Positions 12,700 through 24,716 of a DNA stretch of 64,000 nt are shown here, piece after piece. Source of the DNA: Hyphochytrium catenoides. Lineage: Eukaryota; Protista; Hyphochytriomycota. The translations under genes were made by a program, and so were the position numbers. The notes under the pieces are model-generated. The model did not search any database. It had not been told where the DNA came from and saw only the letters and a program-made list of their open reading frames with translations. The stretch lies in assembly GCA_900088475.1 (NCBI GenBank), contig FLMG01003792.1, positions 1 through 64,000 of the forward strand, written 5' to 3'. Each line of letters opens with the position of its first letter. The first letter of the stretch is position 1.

Positions 12700-15350
12700 A
12701 TATTCGAAGGAGGACGTATCCCCTTGGATTCGCTTGGTCATGTTCCCAAAGTGCGTCCCTCGATGGTCTCGCCCACCCCGTGGCAGCCCCGTCGCTGCTG
12801 TGCCCTTTTCGACGGTGTGGTGCGACAGTTCTGAGCGCCTCGCTCGCTGGGAAGGTGAAGAATGTTCCTCTTTGGCTGGAAGCGGTAGCTTCAGTCCTTC
12901 CTCTTCCCCCTCTTCCTCCCGTCTTTCCAGGGCCCCAGGGTGGGGTGTCCTTCACGAAAACGCAGCTTGAGCGGTCCGCGATGCGGAGAACGGTCAACAT
13001 TTCAAGGCTGTACGTAGCCGCTCTCCTCTCGTTGGCTTTCTCTTCCCCGTCCCAGAACTTGTTGCAGGCATTATGTGAGAAACACACCACCGGCCCCGCC
13101 TCCGCCTAATCCCCTTCCTGAGAATCTACCTTCTCCTTCTGTCTCTCGTGAAGAGGTTGCAGCTATGGCTACTTCTTTCCTTCCTGTTTCGCCGCGGGTG
13201 CCCCAGGCTTTCGCCCTCAATATCTCAAGGATAATCTCTCTACGGCAAACCCTCCTGATACTCGGCTTTGGTGGGAACGGTGCCTCCCCCTGTTGGTCCT
13301 TTCTTGGTTGGAGCTCCGCTTATTGCGCTCAACAAACGTAGCGGTGGGATTCGCCCCATCGCTATTGGTGATACGCTTCCGAAGGTTGATCTCTAAATGC
13401 TGCTGCCAGAAGCTTATACAGTAGATTCAGAGCATCTTGATGCCTCTACAAGTGGGGGTTGGTACTCCTGGAGGCTCCGAGGCTGTCGTTCACTCTGTCC
13501 GACATTTGATTGATGAGCTTAAGGTTGAACCAGCAGGCAAAGTCTTATTGTTGACTTAGTAATGCTTTCAACACCGTAGATCCCTCGTCGGCCTTCCTCG
13601 AGGCTGCTTTGGGACATTTTCCACAGCTGGTACGCTGGCTTGGCGTTTGCTACTACTACTCTTCTCCGGTAGTTCTCTTCTCCGATGTCTACACTCTTTC
13701 TACTAGTGCGTCTGGTGTTCAGCAAGGTGATCCGCTCGGGCCTCTTCCTTTCTCTCTAGCGTTGCAGCGTCGTCTTGCACTTAAGGTCCAGCAAGAGGTT
13801 CCTGATCTAGACCTCCAAGTCTTGGTATCTTGATGATGGTACCATCGTTGGCTCCCTGGATCGTGTCCGTCAAGCCCTTCACGTCATCACTGACAACTGT
13901 GCATCTGTGGGATTTGTCTCAATTTACAGAAAGAAGTGTGAGCTATAGTGGCCCTCACCATCTCAGCGCCTGGAGGGCCAGACTTTCCTGCTGATGTTGT
14001 GCGCTGTCCAGTGGATGGTACTGGAATTCTTGGTTGCCCTGTGAGATCTATTGATTACACATCCGACTACCTCCGTCACAAGCTAGAGCGTTTGAAGGAC
14101 ATCGATGCAGCCGTAGATGTTATAATAGATGATGCACAAGTTGAAATGTGCCTCTTCCGTGGCTGTCTGGGGTATGGCAGAGTCAATAAGCTGCTACGGA
14201 CCTATCCCCCTCAGTTCACTAGTGTCTTTGCAGAGAAATTTGATTCACAGTGTGGACGAATCAGGATGGTTTCAGTCTGAGGGTCCCGTTCGGCTGGGTG
14301 GTTTGGGCGTCACCCACGCTCAGTCGGTATTCGAGGGAGGAAGCGTATATTGGGTCTAGAGTGCAGACTCGGGACGTCTGTGCCGCCATTCTTCGCCTCC
14401 CAAGGGACGCTCTTGGCGGTGACCAGCTTCGTCTGGCCCTGGCTGCTCACAATATGGTCGTCGAGGGTAAGAGGACGTTAAGTGGGCTCTTCTTGGTTTA
14501 GGGCAACGTTCAGAGGGTCCTCTCGGCGGAGGTCTGGGCTGGGCCTACAAGCGTCATCGGCTGCTCGCTCAGGCCGTTGACCTTCTTCGAAATCGTGCAC
14601 GGCTAAAAGCAGTCGGTATGAACCAAGCCGGTGTGTTTCTGCACGCCAGCCCTATTCCAGGGTTAGACCAACGCGTTCGAGATTCTCACATTCTCCGACT
14701 CATGCTTCGTAGATACTTGGGTGTGCCGATCTTCGACGCGCCTGCTGGCCTTTGTAAGCTGTGTCACACGGAATTTCATGTGTTTGGGGACCACGCGAAG
14801 GTTTGCCGTTTGGCTCACCGTCGCATGACCAGACGTCATGATGGCGTGCGGAATCTTCTTCTTGGCTTCGCTCGGTAGGCAGGACTGGTAGCTAGAGCTG
14901 AACCTCCCGACCAGATTCTGCCCAATGGTGGTCGTCCGGCTGACCTGGCTGTTGAGGGCTTCGAGCCTCTGCATGTCTGCACGCTCCTCTTTGATGTAAC
15001 TGTCTCTACCTCACTGCAACAAAACACTCTGTTTCATGCAGCGGCTCAAGCAGGCTACTTCGCGGAGCATGTGCATAGGAGGAAACTCTTCCTCTATGCT
15101 GAGGGATCCGCGGACCAAGGTTACGGCTTTCGGCCCTTGGCGTGGGAATCGTTTGGTGGGGCCACAGAGACTTTTCATTCTTCCACGCTGAGAGAATGGC
15201 TTAGGGCTATCTTTAACAAGTATCGGAATGTGGGTCTTCCTCTTTCTGTTCTGACGGTGACCAGCTGCAGAAGGATCTCTGTCCAACTGCAGCGGTCTAA
15301 TGCTGAGATGGTGTTCCATCGTATGCCCAATCCACTCTATTTGAGAATGC
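12700..15350 (+). mobile_element. Near-complete but frameshifted CRE-like non-LTR retrotransposon (RT + CCHC finger + restriction-like endonuclease)
   Basis: RT: GGIRPIAIGDTL, LQVGVGTPGGSEAVVH, GVQQGDPLGP, WYLDDG, PVRLGGLG. Finger: MLRRYLG..CKLC..GDHAKVC..RRHDGVRN. Endonuclease: RPADL, FDVT, FRPLAWESFGG, RRISVQLQRSNA. Confidence 0.9.
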
Positions 15351-15489
15351 GATATTTATTGGGCCAGCTTCCAGGAGCTACCCTACTAGTAAAAAACCTG
15401 CCAACTATCATTACACTGTCTTATTAAAGCCCTACTGCTCCAACTGCTCCACCTCTTCTCCTTCGTCGTATGCGCTGCAGTGTTGCTGC

Positions 15490-16155
15490 TGCTATAGAAC
15501 ATCCTCGCGAATTGCTCGTGGCAGAGGAAGGCGACTACGCACCATCTCTGCATTACAGCGCTTAGGATGCGTGGATATCCCTCATGTATGGAACTAAAGA
15601 GAGAAGAAGACGAAGACAAACCCCTCCTCCGCACCTGTCGCGAACTGCTTTAATTCAGTGACGGAGTGTTTCATGGACTTCCATGGTTGCTCCACCAAAT
15701 GTCTCCCAGACCAGCGGAACGAAACCATATCCTGATGCCGCACATTCCTCCGCGTAGGGACCAAGCTTGGCCTCACGACTCAACCTAGCGACGTAGCCAG
15801 CCTCGAGCGCTGTATGCTGAAAGGATGTGTCTTGGAGCGGCTCGCGGATGGTCAGGTCGAAGCATGTCGATATCTTGCCCGGCTCGTTGCCCTCAATGGT
15901 CAAGTCACCAGGGGGTCTCCCATTAGCCAATACCCGATCAGCAGGCTCAGGGCGAGCTATCCTGGCTGCAGACCTCGCTACGGCATGGCGCACGGTTTTG
16001 TCTCTTCCCGTCCTACAGACTACAGACCATAGCATGGTCACCATAAACAGCAAAAGGAGCCTGACAAAGTCTGCAAACGTCAGCCTGATCCACGAGAGGG
16101 ATTCCAAGGTATCGTCGAAGCATTATCCTAAATAGACCTGAGTCTTGCACCCTAT
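15490..16155 (-). mobile_element. 3' (CCHC + RLE) fragment of a related CRE-like element, tail-to-tail with the previous one
   Basis: IMLRRYLGIPL..CRLC..GDHAMVC, RPPGDL, CFDLTI, KLGPYAEECAASGYGFVPLVWETFGG. Confidence 0.85.
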
Positions 16156-16660
16156 GCACCCTCTGATGTCTTCCTAGTACTGTCTCTGTCTCCAATAAAT
16201 AATACAATTCTCCGTTGTCCTTCTCTTGGTGGGTTGTATGTGAACGAAGACGATGATGATGCAGGAGGTAGAATAGAACCGTCTGTCTGTGGTGGAAGTG
16301 TTTCCTGATGTCGTCGGTGATGTTGGTGGTGTTGAGGAGGTCAAAGCTCAAAGGATGATCACGTGGCGAAGTTTCTCATTCTACTACTAAGTCTCCCCCA
16401 CGCACCTTCCGCCTCCCTTATGGTGGAGGAAGGAAGAAGGGAGGGGAACGGTTGGCTTGTCTCGCAATGAGTGAACCACCGAAGTCTTCCTCTGTGCGTC
16501 GGCCCTGTAGATTAACCTTAGGCACGGCTTGGTGGTGATGATGATTGCTAGCCACCTGTAGCTAGCCACCTGAGTAGCAATATGATTGAATATATAACTG
16601 AAGGTCGGTTTACTCATTCTAAAAGTAGACACCAGAATGTGAGGAAGTCGATGCTGGAAA
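16155..16660 (-). mobile_element. Possible PIF/Harbinger transposase relic (N-terminal part)
   Basis: TFRMSKPTFSYIFNHI matches the Harbinger FRMSxxTFxxL motif. IRGCIG near 16150-16170 resembles the start of GCIGAIDG, and there the sequence abuts the retroelement fragment. Confidence 0.35.
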
Positions 16661-16779
16661 CGCCGACCGACATAGAGGATTAAGATGAGCGGACTCCTAT
16701 TTGCTGCACAGCGTCTCTACACTATCCTTTCCCTTCAAGTGTCGGTGGCTGCCGGTAGTAGTAGTACCGAGCGCGGAAA

Positions 16780-17520
16780 CGAAGCTGCTCTCAGTCATCA
16801 ATATGAGTTAAGAGTGCGTAGCTCTCCTTTAATACATCTGCCACACGTCAACAAGTTCGATTTAGCTAGAAGAGCTATTACCTCTCTCCCTCCAATATCC
16901 CTTTGCAGGTTATGGATGATACTGGACGTCTTTGGGGAGGTCTCAACAAGAGGCTACAATGACTTCTTCTTGGTTCGGCAGCAGCTCCATAGGCTCTTAC
17001 GACGGAAGCACATGTGTAGCGGTTGCTGTGTTTGCGCTACTTCGCGTAAGGACCGTCAAGTGTTTTAGAAAAAGGCTTATTTCCTCCAGGTGCTGACATA
17101 ATGATGGTCACTCCAGTCTCCAATACCCCGAACTAAGTTCTTCTGAGCAACGCTATTTGTTAACCATAATAGGAACCTACGGGTTGTCGAGAATCGCGCG
17201 ATGGCGCTCAGAGCTTTCCTTTCGCAGGTCTTGGAGGTTATGAACAATGCGTCCTTTAGAGCCTGCTGTGCACATATCTCCGTCAACGACTCACTTCTCG
17301 CTATAGATAGATTCTCTCTGATACAGAAGGTGCGTTATCGAGTGGCCAATGCGCAGAGTTATTGTTCAAAGAGCTTCCCTTTTTGACAGTGTTAGCGACA
17401 CACCTGCCATTCTCGATATAAATGATGCTTCAGACGTGATTCAATCTCTGGTGGTGGGCCACTTGCTTCACTTCATCAGTGATAAAAAGCTCAAAAGCCT
17501 TCAAGAAGGAGTGCAGTTAC
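16780..17520 (-). mobile_element. Possible piggyBac-like transposase relic
   Basis: AFELFITDEV (about 17470-17500) and FLLWL...GDWSDHHYVST (about 17090-17180) appear in the order expected for the piggyBac FxLFxxDE and FxG..DYWS blocks. Many stops; no TIRs found. Confidence 0.35.
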
Positions 17521-18654
17521 GAGCCATCATCGGAAGTCGTTAGAATCTTTCTATGAAGTGCAAACACCTAAATGTATGTGAATGATCACCTCAGGAGGGG
17601 CTTTCAAAAAGCTTTGACGCAACGACCAGCGGCCAATGCACCACAGAGAGCCACCTTCTTCCTTCGGTCGGGATCTCATCTTTCTTCTCCTCGTTGCAGG
17701 AGTATGATGGGATGCTAAGGAGGTACACTCGCAACTGAAGATGAACTGAAAATAAGAAGGTATCGGCAGTCACACAAGCAGAAGATGAGATAAATAGGGC
17801 CAGCTTTCCATCTCAAGGTGCTCAATTAAGAGGGCAAAATTAGCAGCAGTTGATACCCACTACTATACTGCTAGGTACAGCTGCTTAAGCTACGGCTTAG
17901 CCCTCATCATCAGGACCGCTGAACAGCTCATTCTGCAAGTTCATTATCCAAGGACAGGTCAGTGCAAAGTTCAAGAGCACACAGAGGGATGCCAACTAGC
18001 CATCGTCGGTGCATTTAGAACTCATCTGGAGCACAAGGATTCGGAAAGCCAGGAGTCGACGTGCCTCACTGCTTCTTCATCTTGTGTATCCATCGTGCGT
18101 GGCGTACTTCCTCCAGAGATGAAAGAGGTGGTTTACGGAACGACCATATTACGCTTCTCGCCTAGCCAAGCAAAAACATTGGCCACCACTAACCACTACT
18201 CATGTGTCATCGTAATTCTTCACGCACCTACGCGGGGCAGTAACCCTATCCACCGCCATCACAGGATTCTCGTCTGTTTTTTAAGGATGCAAGTTAGCCG
18301 AGCCCGAACTACTACTGGTCATACCTACCTGTTCATCTCACGGTGGGTCCATTAGAGTCGGTAGCACTGACGACGTAGGAGTTTTACGTCACTGCTGGGC
18401 CGTAGAAGATGCTAATTAGTCTTCTTCGGAGTCCTAACCTTTGCTTCGGAGAGCTACCGATATCAAACGCTAATAGCGATGACTGGGGTAGAAAGGGATA
18501 TCCTGACGACGTGGATAGCTTATAGTCGTTGCATACATTTCTAGGATAATTGTAAAGTGGGATATGAAGATTACTTTTGAAAAGAAGAAAGGCAAACAAA
18601 ATAGCGACTACTACGAGTGATGACGACTGCTGCAGACGATGATAATTTTATCTA

Positions 18655-19920
18655 CTAGTTTCGGATACTTGGAGTTGCGTAAGTAAAGCCTTCATAGAAG
18701 AGCGGATGATGATCAAACTCTTCCTTTTCCTTAAGTGCTCTGGCGGAGCTTGGTCTTTGGCTGTCTTCTCCTCCCAGCGTCTCCGTCTCTTCTAGCGGCT
18801 TCTCTTTCAGAATTTCAGGAAAGTTCACTGAATTGGTACCCTCAACAAGAAGGCAGGATGATGGGTCGTCGGCGTGGTTCAAGTTCAAAGCTGCAGTGTA
18901 AGGCTTATACGCAGATGCCTGGGACGGCAGCCTCTCAAAGTCAATCCCGGCGAAGAACGGATGCTGCTTGATCTCTGAAGCCCCATTTCCACTGCCCAAG
19001 CGTGTCCGCGGATCCTTATCTAGGAGCTTGCGGATGAGGTCCCCTCCAACTTTATTGATGGACGGAGGGAGGACAAGCGGCGTGTTCACGATTTGGCGAA
19101 ATGTCTGGAGGTTGTTGCCGGCACACCAAGGAAGATAACCTGCGAGCAGCTCAAACAGTACAACCCCAAAACTCCACCAGTCGATTGCGGTTCCATAGCG
19201 GCTGCGCTGTAGGATCTCTGGTGCCATGTATTCTGGCGTCCCACATAGAGTCGTAGCACCATACAGGGGGTGTCTCACGCTCTCTTTGGCAAGATCAAAG
19301 TCGACAAGTCTTAGATGCCCATGGCCATCCAAGAGGATGTTCTCCGGCTTAAGGTCTCTGTACAGGATGCCAAGCCCATGAAGGTGCTCCAAAGCCAGCA
19401 AGAGCTCAGCCATGTAAAGTCGCGTTAGCCCTTGTGGGAGGCGCTTCAGCTTCTGAAGAAGGGCAAACAGCTCACCTCCCGGACAGTAATCGAGCACGAA
19501 GAAGAGGTGCTTCTCTGTCTGAAAGGCATAATGAAGGCTGACAATGAAGGGATGTTTAACCTTGGCCAAAACCCTTCTCTCCGTCCAGATTCGAGTTCTT
19601 TGCCTTCTGATGCCGGGGGGATCATTGGGCCTGGGAATCATCTTCATTCCATATAACGTCTGGTCCATCTTCCTCTTGATGAGGAACACCAGTGTTCCGC
19701 CTCTGCCCTTGCTAAGGATGCGAATCACCTCAACCTCATCTAAAACACTTGCACCAGCATTGACCTCTTCCGCAACTCGAGGAGGATTAGCACGAGGCCC
19801 ATGCTGGACCGACCTTGGACAACTATCATTTTCTGTCTTATGATACGCATGATGATGGCTGTGACTGCATCCAGGTAGAAAGCACAGAGCACTGCACTCA
19901 GGTGCAACGTGTCGAGCCAT
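18655..19920 (-). CDS. AGC-family Ser/Thr protein kinase (RSK/S6K/PKB-like), single exon, with DFD instead of DFG
   Basis: YGMK, TERRVL, HPFIVSLHYAFQT, DYCPGGELF, YRDLKPEN, VDFDLAKE, TLCGTPEYMAPE, DWWSFG and the C-terminal hydrophobic motif FYEGFTY. Confidence 0.93.
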   Translation of the reverse strand: MARHVAPECSALCFLPGCSHSHHHAYHKTENDSCPRSVQHGPRANPPRVAEEVNAGASVLDEVEVIRILSKGRGGTLVFLIKRKMDQTLYGMKMIPRPNDPPGIRRQRTRIWTERRVLAKVKHPFIVSLHYAFQTEKHLFFVLDYCPGGELFALLQKLKRLPQGLTRLYMAELLLALEHLHGLGILYRDLKPENILLDGHGHLRLVDFDLAKESVRHPLYGATTLCGTPEYMAPEILQRSRYGTAIDWWSFGVVLFELLAGYLPWCAGNNLQTFRQIVNTPLVLPPSINKVGGDLIRKLLDKDPRTRLGSGNGASEIKQHPFFAGIDFERLPSQASAYKPYTAALNLNHADDPSSCLLVEGTNSVNFPEILKEKPLEETETLGGEDSQRPSSARALKEKEEFDHHPLFYEGFTYATPSIRN

Positions 19921-21202
19921 CCGTCTTCTCTTATTTTTCTCTCTATGTATATCCTTTTCCGCGACCCGGCCCTTGCTTTTTTGTCCTTATATTTCGCCAC
20001 CCTATGAACGTGTAAGGAAATGGTGAAGTGTTGAGATCTCATACAGGCGTCCGTAGTACCGCAGGCCTGGTTGCCGCAGGCATCATGCAGTAAAAAGCAA
20101 AGGTTCATCACGACATCCTTCACCGAAGAAGAAGCCCCCAGCAGCCCCTCAATAACAACTACACTACTTTTTCTGGCTGTTATCGACGGTTGACTGCACT
20201 TGATTGAAGGAGGGTATAAAGCTCTGTTTATTAGAGCTACTGATTAGCAAATGTAGGCGGAAGGGCTACTTGTTTATTACAGACGAAGATTAAGTCATCG
20301 GGCATCCTTCCTTGTCGACTCACTCATCACAGTCCGCCTGATGCTAGGGCATCGGTCTTCGAGTTGTTGTTGCCTGGGCGGCCCGCTGCCCTATTATTCC
20401 ACCATCGTCAACACAAGGGTTTGAAAGTCCGACATAATGCAAGCATCACTATTGCGCGGAAGACAAAAAAACACACGATCTTCCTGATTCTTTGCGCAAG
20501 GTGACCCTGGTGTGAGCCCGAACTACTGCACGCAGCAGTGAGTGCGCTGCGAGGCTAAGAAGAGCAGCAGCAATGACCATCTTCTACTTTTAACCTTATG
20601 GGGCTAGCTGCCTCCAGCCCATCGGCAGCACGCGAGTAAAGTGTCGATTTAGTATCATCGTTGTTGTCGCTTGAACTCTTCTGTTTGATAAAGGCCTTTA
20701 GAGTATGTTGGCATTATTGTCGGTCGCTTCTTTGCGAAACTATCCAGCACTGTTCTACCACGACGACTGCACCAGCTAGCGCCATAATTAGACCGGGATC
20801 ATTCCATTAACGCCCTCGTCGTCAACCTCTTCTTTCCAGACGCGAAGTTGGAGGATGGAAAAAGAAGACCACCCATCGCTGTTGATCATCGTAGTAGCTT
20901 TCCTCCTCCGCCCTTAAACCTCCCGAACGCAAAGTTGATTGATGTGTGGACGTCGACTGAAGTGTTCAGCACCAAATCTTTGTTGTATAAGGTGATGACG
21001 TACCCGGTGTTATTGTTCCAAAACATTTTATAATAAAAAAGTGTTTTGCTTGCCCAAGGTCTGTCCAACACCCAAAGTTCCTCCTGTGGTACAACACGAC
21101 GAGATATCCAGTCATGTCAAGAGCGTTCTGACTACTAACTGGATCTATCAACCTTCTTTCATAAAAAGAAATCAGTACAGTACGATACTGCAGCTGATAC
21201 TG

Positions 21203-21407
21203 CAATCTCAAGTGAGAGGCTGAAAGGGTGAAACGTTTCTTTTTTCAAGGAAAGGAGAAGAGTTGCGAATTTTGGGGGCCCACCAGGAATACTTCACGCA
21301 AGCATACTGAAGTCCCTAGTTAATACCGCTACAAGTAGGACCCAAAATTTGGCACTCCTCCAAGTTAATTTTTGCCCTTCACCTTTCTTGCAGATTCTCG
21401 TAGAGCG
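21203..21407. mobile_element. Degenerate fold-back / MITE-like element
   Basis: The left arm AATCTCAAG..GCTGAAAGGG..GGAGAAGAGTTGCGAATTTTGGGG imperfectly matches the reverse complement of the right arm (AATCTGCAAG..GGTGAAGGG..GGAGGAGTGCCAAATTTTGGGT). Confidence 0.35.
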
Positions 21408-22660
21408 TGTTATTTAGAGTGGTACAGTAGACGCCCAGAACGACATACCTGCAAACGCACCTCCTGCGAACCTCCAAACATCTATTGTTAGGCTCTGCAC
21501 AGATTGGCCGCACTTTGTAGTTGGTTTTATTATTATTTTATTATTGTTATTTGATGAGAGATTCATCATGCCTCTTCACAAGCATCCCCCACGGTTGCCC
21601 AACGCCACGAAGGTGGTAACGAGGAGGCGCACTATAAGGCTGCTTGTCTGCAGTTGAAGAGGAAGCAGTACTTTGCCCTACCACTACCACCTCAAGAGCC
21701 TACGAACGAGGTCCTGTTCCCTCGAAGGACTCGCTCCCTTGTGAGCGAACAGCATTGCTAGTCATCTGAAACCAAAAAGTGAATGAATCCGGGAGATCTT
21801 TGTCTAAAGGAGTTTCAGCGGCTTATTAGTATAAGAATCCGTCCTCCTCCTAGGGCGTCCGGAATGATGAGCGAAGGTTCTGTGGAGAACTCTGTTTGTG
21901 GCGAGGTCCACCAGGCACACCCCTCATCCTCTTGACCATCATGAAATAACCACTTCAGTGCGAGAATCTTCTGCTGCGGATAACCTTCCACTACTAAGAA
22001 AGGAGAAGAAGAAGAAGAACAACTCCGGTGCAGTGCGACGACAGACCAAGAAGACGACTTGTTGTTTGGTAAGCACCATCCTCATCAGCTCTTTCATCAT
22101 TTGTGTGTCAAGTACTTTTTCCTCCTCGCGTTGATGCAGTATCCATCTGTCCGGCTCCAAGTTCGCACTTGATACCTTCTCTTCCAGTCATCGTCCCTTG
22201 GTCATGAGTGGAGGACACCCAGAGCGGAACTGACTCCTTGTTCTTGGCGGTGTTCTTTAGCTGGCAGTAGTTTGATGTGAAGAAGAAGAAGAACGAAGTA
22301 TCAAATGGAAAGAAGATGGCTTATAGGTCTATCGCAGGCCACTGCTTACCATTGTTCTTCCCATCATCGCTCTTTCTCAAACGAAGCGGACAAAGTCCTG
22401 CTTCATAGGTGACCCTAGCTACTATCGGTGTACCTCGAGCTCTCGTGGAGCGCCTCGAACCTAAGAACTTCTGGGATTTGAAAGCTCCAGGGGCTTTTGC
22501 TTCCTCCTTCCGCCGAGAGCGTCTGGAGAATATTGAGACATGAAAAGAGGAGCTAAGATAACTCTTCCTTGTCACTTCCAGATTTTCCACGCAAAGACAC
22601 GACCCCCACCTCAGATAACCAAGACAACGTCAAGAAAGGAATCGCTGAAGAAGAACTAAG

Positions 22661-23941
22661 ATGTCGCCACCTACTGATAAGCGCCGCCGGCCATTCCTCC
22701 TCTTTGGAGGAGTCTCCTCAGCGCTGTTGTCACTCTTCATCTCCACTTCGTCTTGGAATATAAGCCTAGCGCAGCAGTCGGCGCGGCACTATTCATGCCC
22801 CTTTCAAGACGTCGTGGCTTCGCCCCAATTCCAAATTGAACAGCTTCAGGGAGTTTGGTTTGAGATTGGCAACACCTTCATTGATAGAAGTCAACAAGAA
22901 GCTGCAGACCAGTGCACGTGTGGCTCATATCGGTTTACGCTGCCAGATGACCTTAGGGATGATGTCGACGGCGATGATACGCCTCCAGGCGGCCAGTGTG
23001 CCCCTTTGGAGCAGGACACCGACTATCCTGGGAATGATCTTGGAGAGACCCAACGAAATAACTCCACGCAATGCTGTCAGGACTGCCGCGACCTAGATGG
23101 CTGTCAAGGCTTTGTGTGGACGGACTGGAACGCAGGAACATGCTGGTTGAAGAGTTCTCTCCCTCAAGAAAGGCAAACCAGTCAGCGAGGAGTGATGGCG
23201 GGCCGCATCCCTGAGGCACAGAATGGCAACAACAGTCAAGAAGAAGGGGAAGAGACCAGGAGTTCTGTCCGTGTGGATTATGTCTGCACCGCTGAAAGCA
23301 CCATGGTTATTAGAACCGGCAATGCCTCACTCCCTCTCACGCGCAATAACGGTATTTTCGCTGTCGTTTGGCAGCAGTACCAGAACGAGAATGAGACAGC
23401 AGGAAACGACCCAAGTGCCAGTGACGGAAGCGAGAGGCAGGAGTGGCAAAGAATGTACCCTGGAGGAGGAAATATGCTCGTCCTTGCGTTGAAGCAAGGT
23501 ACGATAATATAGATGGAAAGTCGGATGGTGTACGATGCTTACTAAGATCGCTTCTTTTAATGTTGTCACTGATGATTCTAAACCGTAGGAGGTTCGGAGG
23601 ACGGGGGAGACAATGAAAGTGGAAGTGGCGGTTATCTTGTTCTTGGATCACCTTGTTACTTAGGTGCCCGCATCCTCTCGCGATCACCTGACCTCTCTTC
23701 CGACGAAATGAATGAAGCCGTCTCCGTCCTGCGTGACAGGAATTATCCGTTGGACATTCTAGACTTCAAAAGAGTTACAAGTATGGAAGCCAATTGCGAT
23801 TCTGTGCAGCAGGCCTGGGACAATCTTCTTCCTACCAGAGAAGGCGGTGGCCAACCCCAAAGTCAAGTCAGGGAGGAGGGAGAGACAAACGACGAGGGCA
23901 ATCGTGCCTTAAGGAGGATGAGTTTACTTGTTGGATTGTAA
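22661..23941 (+). CDS. Secreted lipocalin (ApoD/Blc-like) with an inserted PAN/apple domain; 2 exons: 22661-23498, 23589-23941
   Basis: Signal or anchor peptide; lipocalin SCR1 CP..FQIEQLQGVWFEI..C; PAN/apple DTDYPGNDL..CCQDC..GCQGFVW..GTCWLKS; after splicing, SCR3 ARILSRSPDL followed by a helix and a C-terminal Cys. Confidence 0.85.
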
Positions 23942-24716
23942 TATAAGGAAGGGTTGTCGATCGCCTTCCTAAGTACAGGCTAGATTCTGATCGGACTAGC
24001 CGGGGATAACCTTTTTCTCAATGACAGTAGTTCTACGCTGAGATGTACGTGATCCCGTCGATTGTTGGTTGTTAGGAGAGGTTGAGAGAGTTTAGACTAT
24101 GGGAAGTATCAGGGTTCGTGAATGCCCCTGTGCGTGGTGGCTCTCAGTAACCAAAACTTCGTGGTCTTAGGCCCCACAGATATTACTACGGTTCCCATAC
24201 CTACCTATCACTACCGCGCATAATAGATGCTTTACAAGCATTGTTGTCGTCTGGTGATTGGCACGAGCTAGCACTTACACTCAGCCTCTTCGCAGCACTA
24301 ACTTCCAGTTATGAAGGAGCTTGGTTGTAGGTCTTTATAAAAGCTTTGGTCAGGCCAGCGCCAGGACGGCCTCTACACCAAGCGACCAGCACAGCCCTTG
24401 CAATTGGAAGCAGTCAAGCACCTTGATTGTTATTGATGGCAATAGCTCCTCACTCAGACGAGGATCGGAGAGGAAGACAGAAAGACAGATAAATAAGGGT
24501 TGCCCTAACTCTATTATCATAGGTGATAAAGGAAACGTCCCAGACCTCTGCAGCAAGGCAGAAGGCGACCGCTGCTCGAACATGTGCGTATATCATGGGA
24601 GGGATAAAAAGTGTGCGACACGGCAGAGCACCAGGAGGGCAGAGTAACACAGCAGTATTTGATGTCCTTAGACCCCTAAGAAATAATCGTCTGGCAAAAA
24701 ATAGCCACGCAACACC

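Noticed and set aside
20848-21211. LDMTGYLVVLY / NNTGYVITLY resembling a lamin-tail-like motif
   Set aside because: Too short, in different frames and interrupted to support a call.
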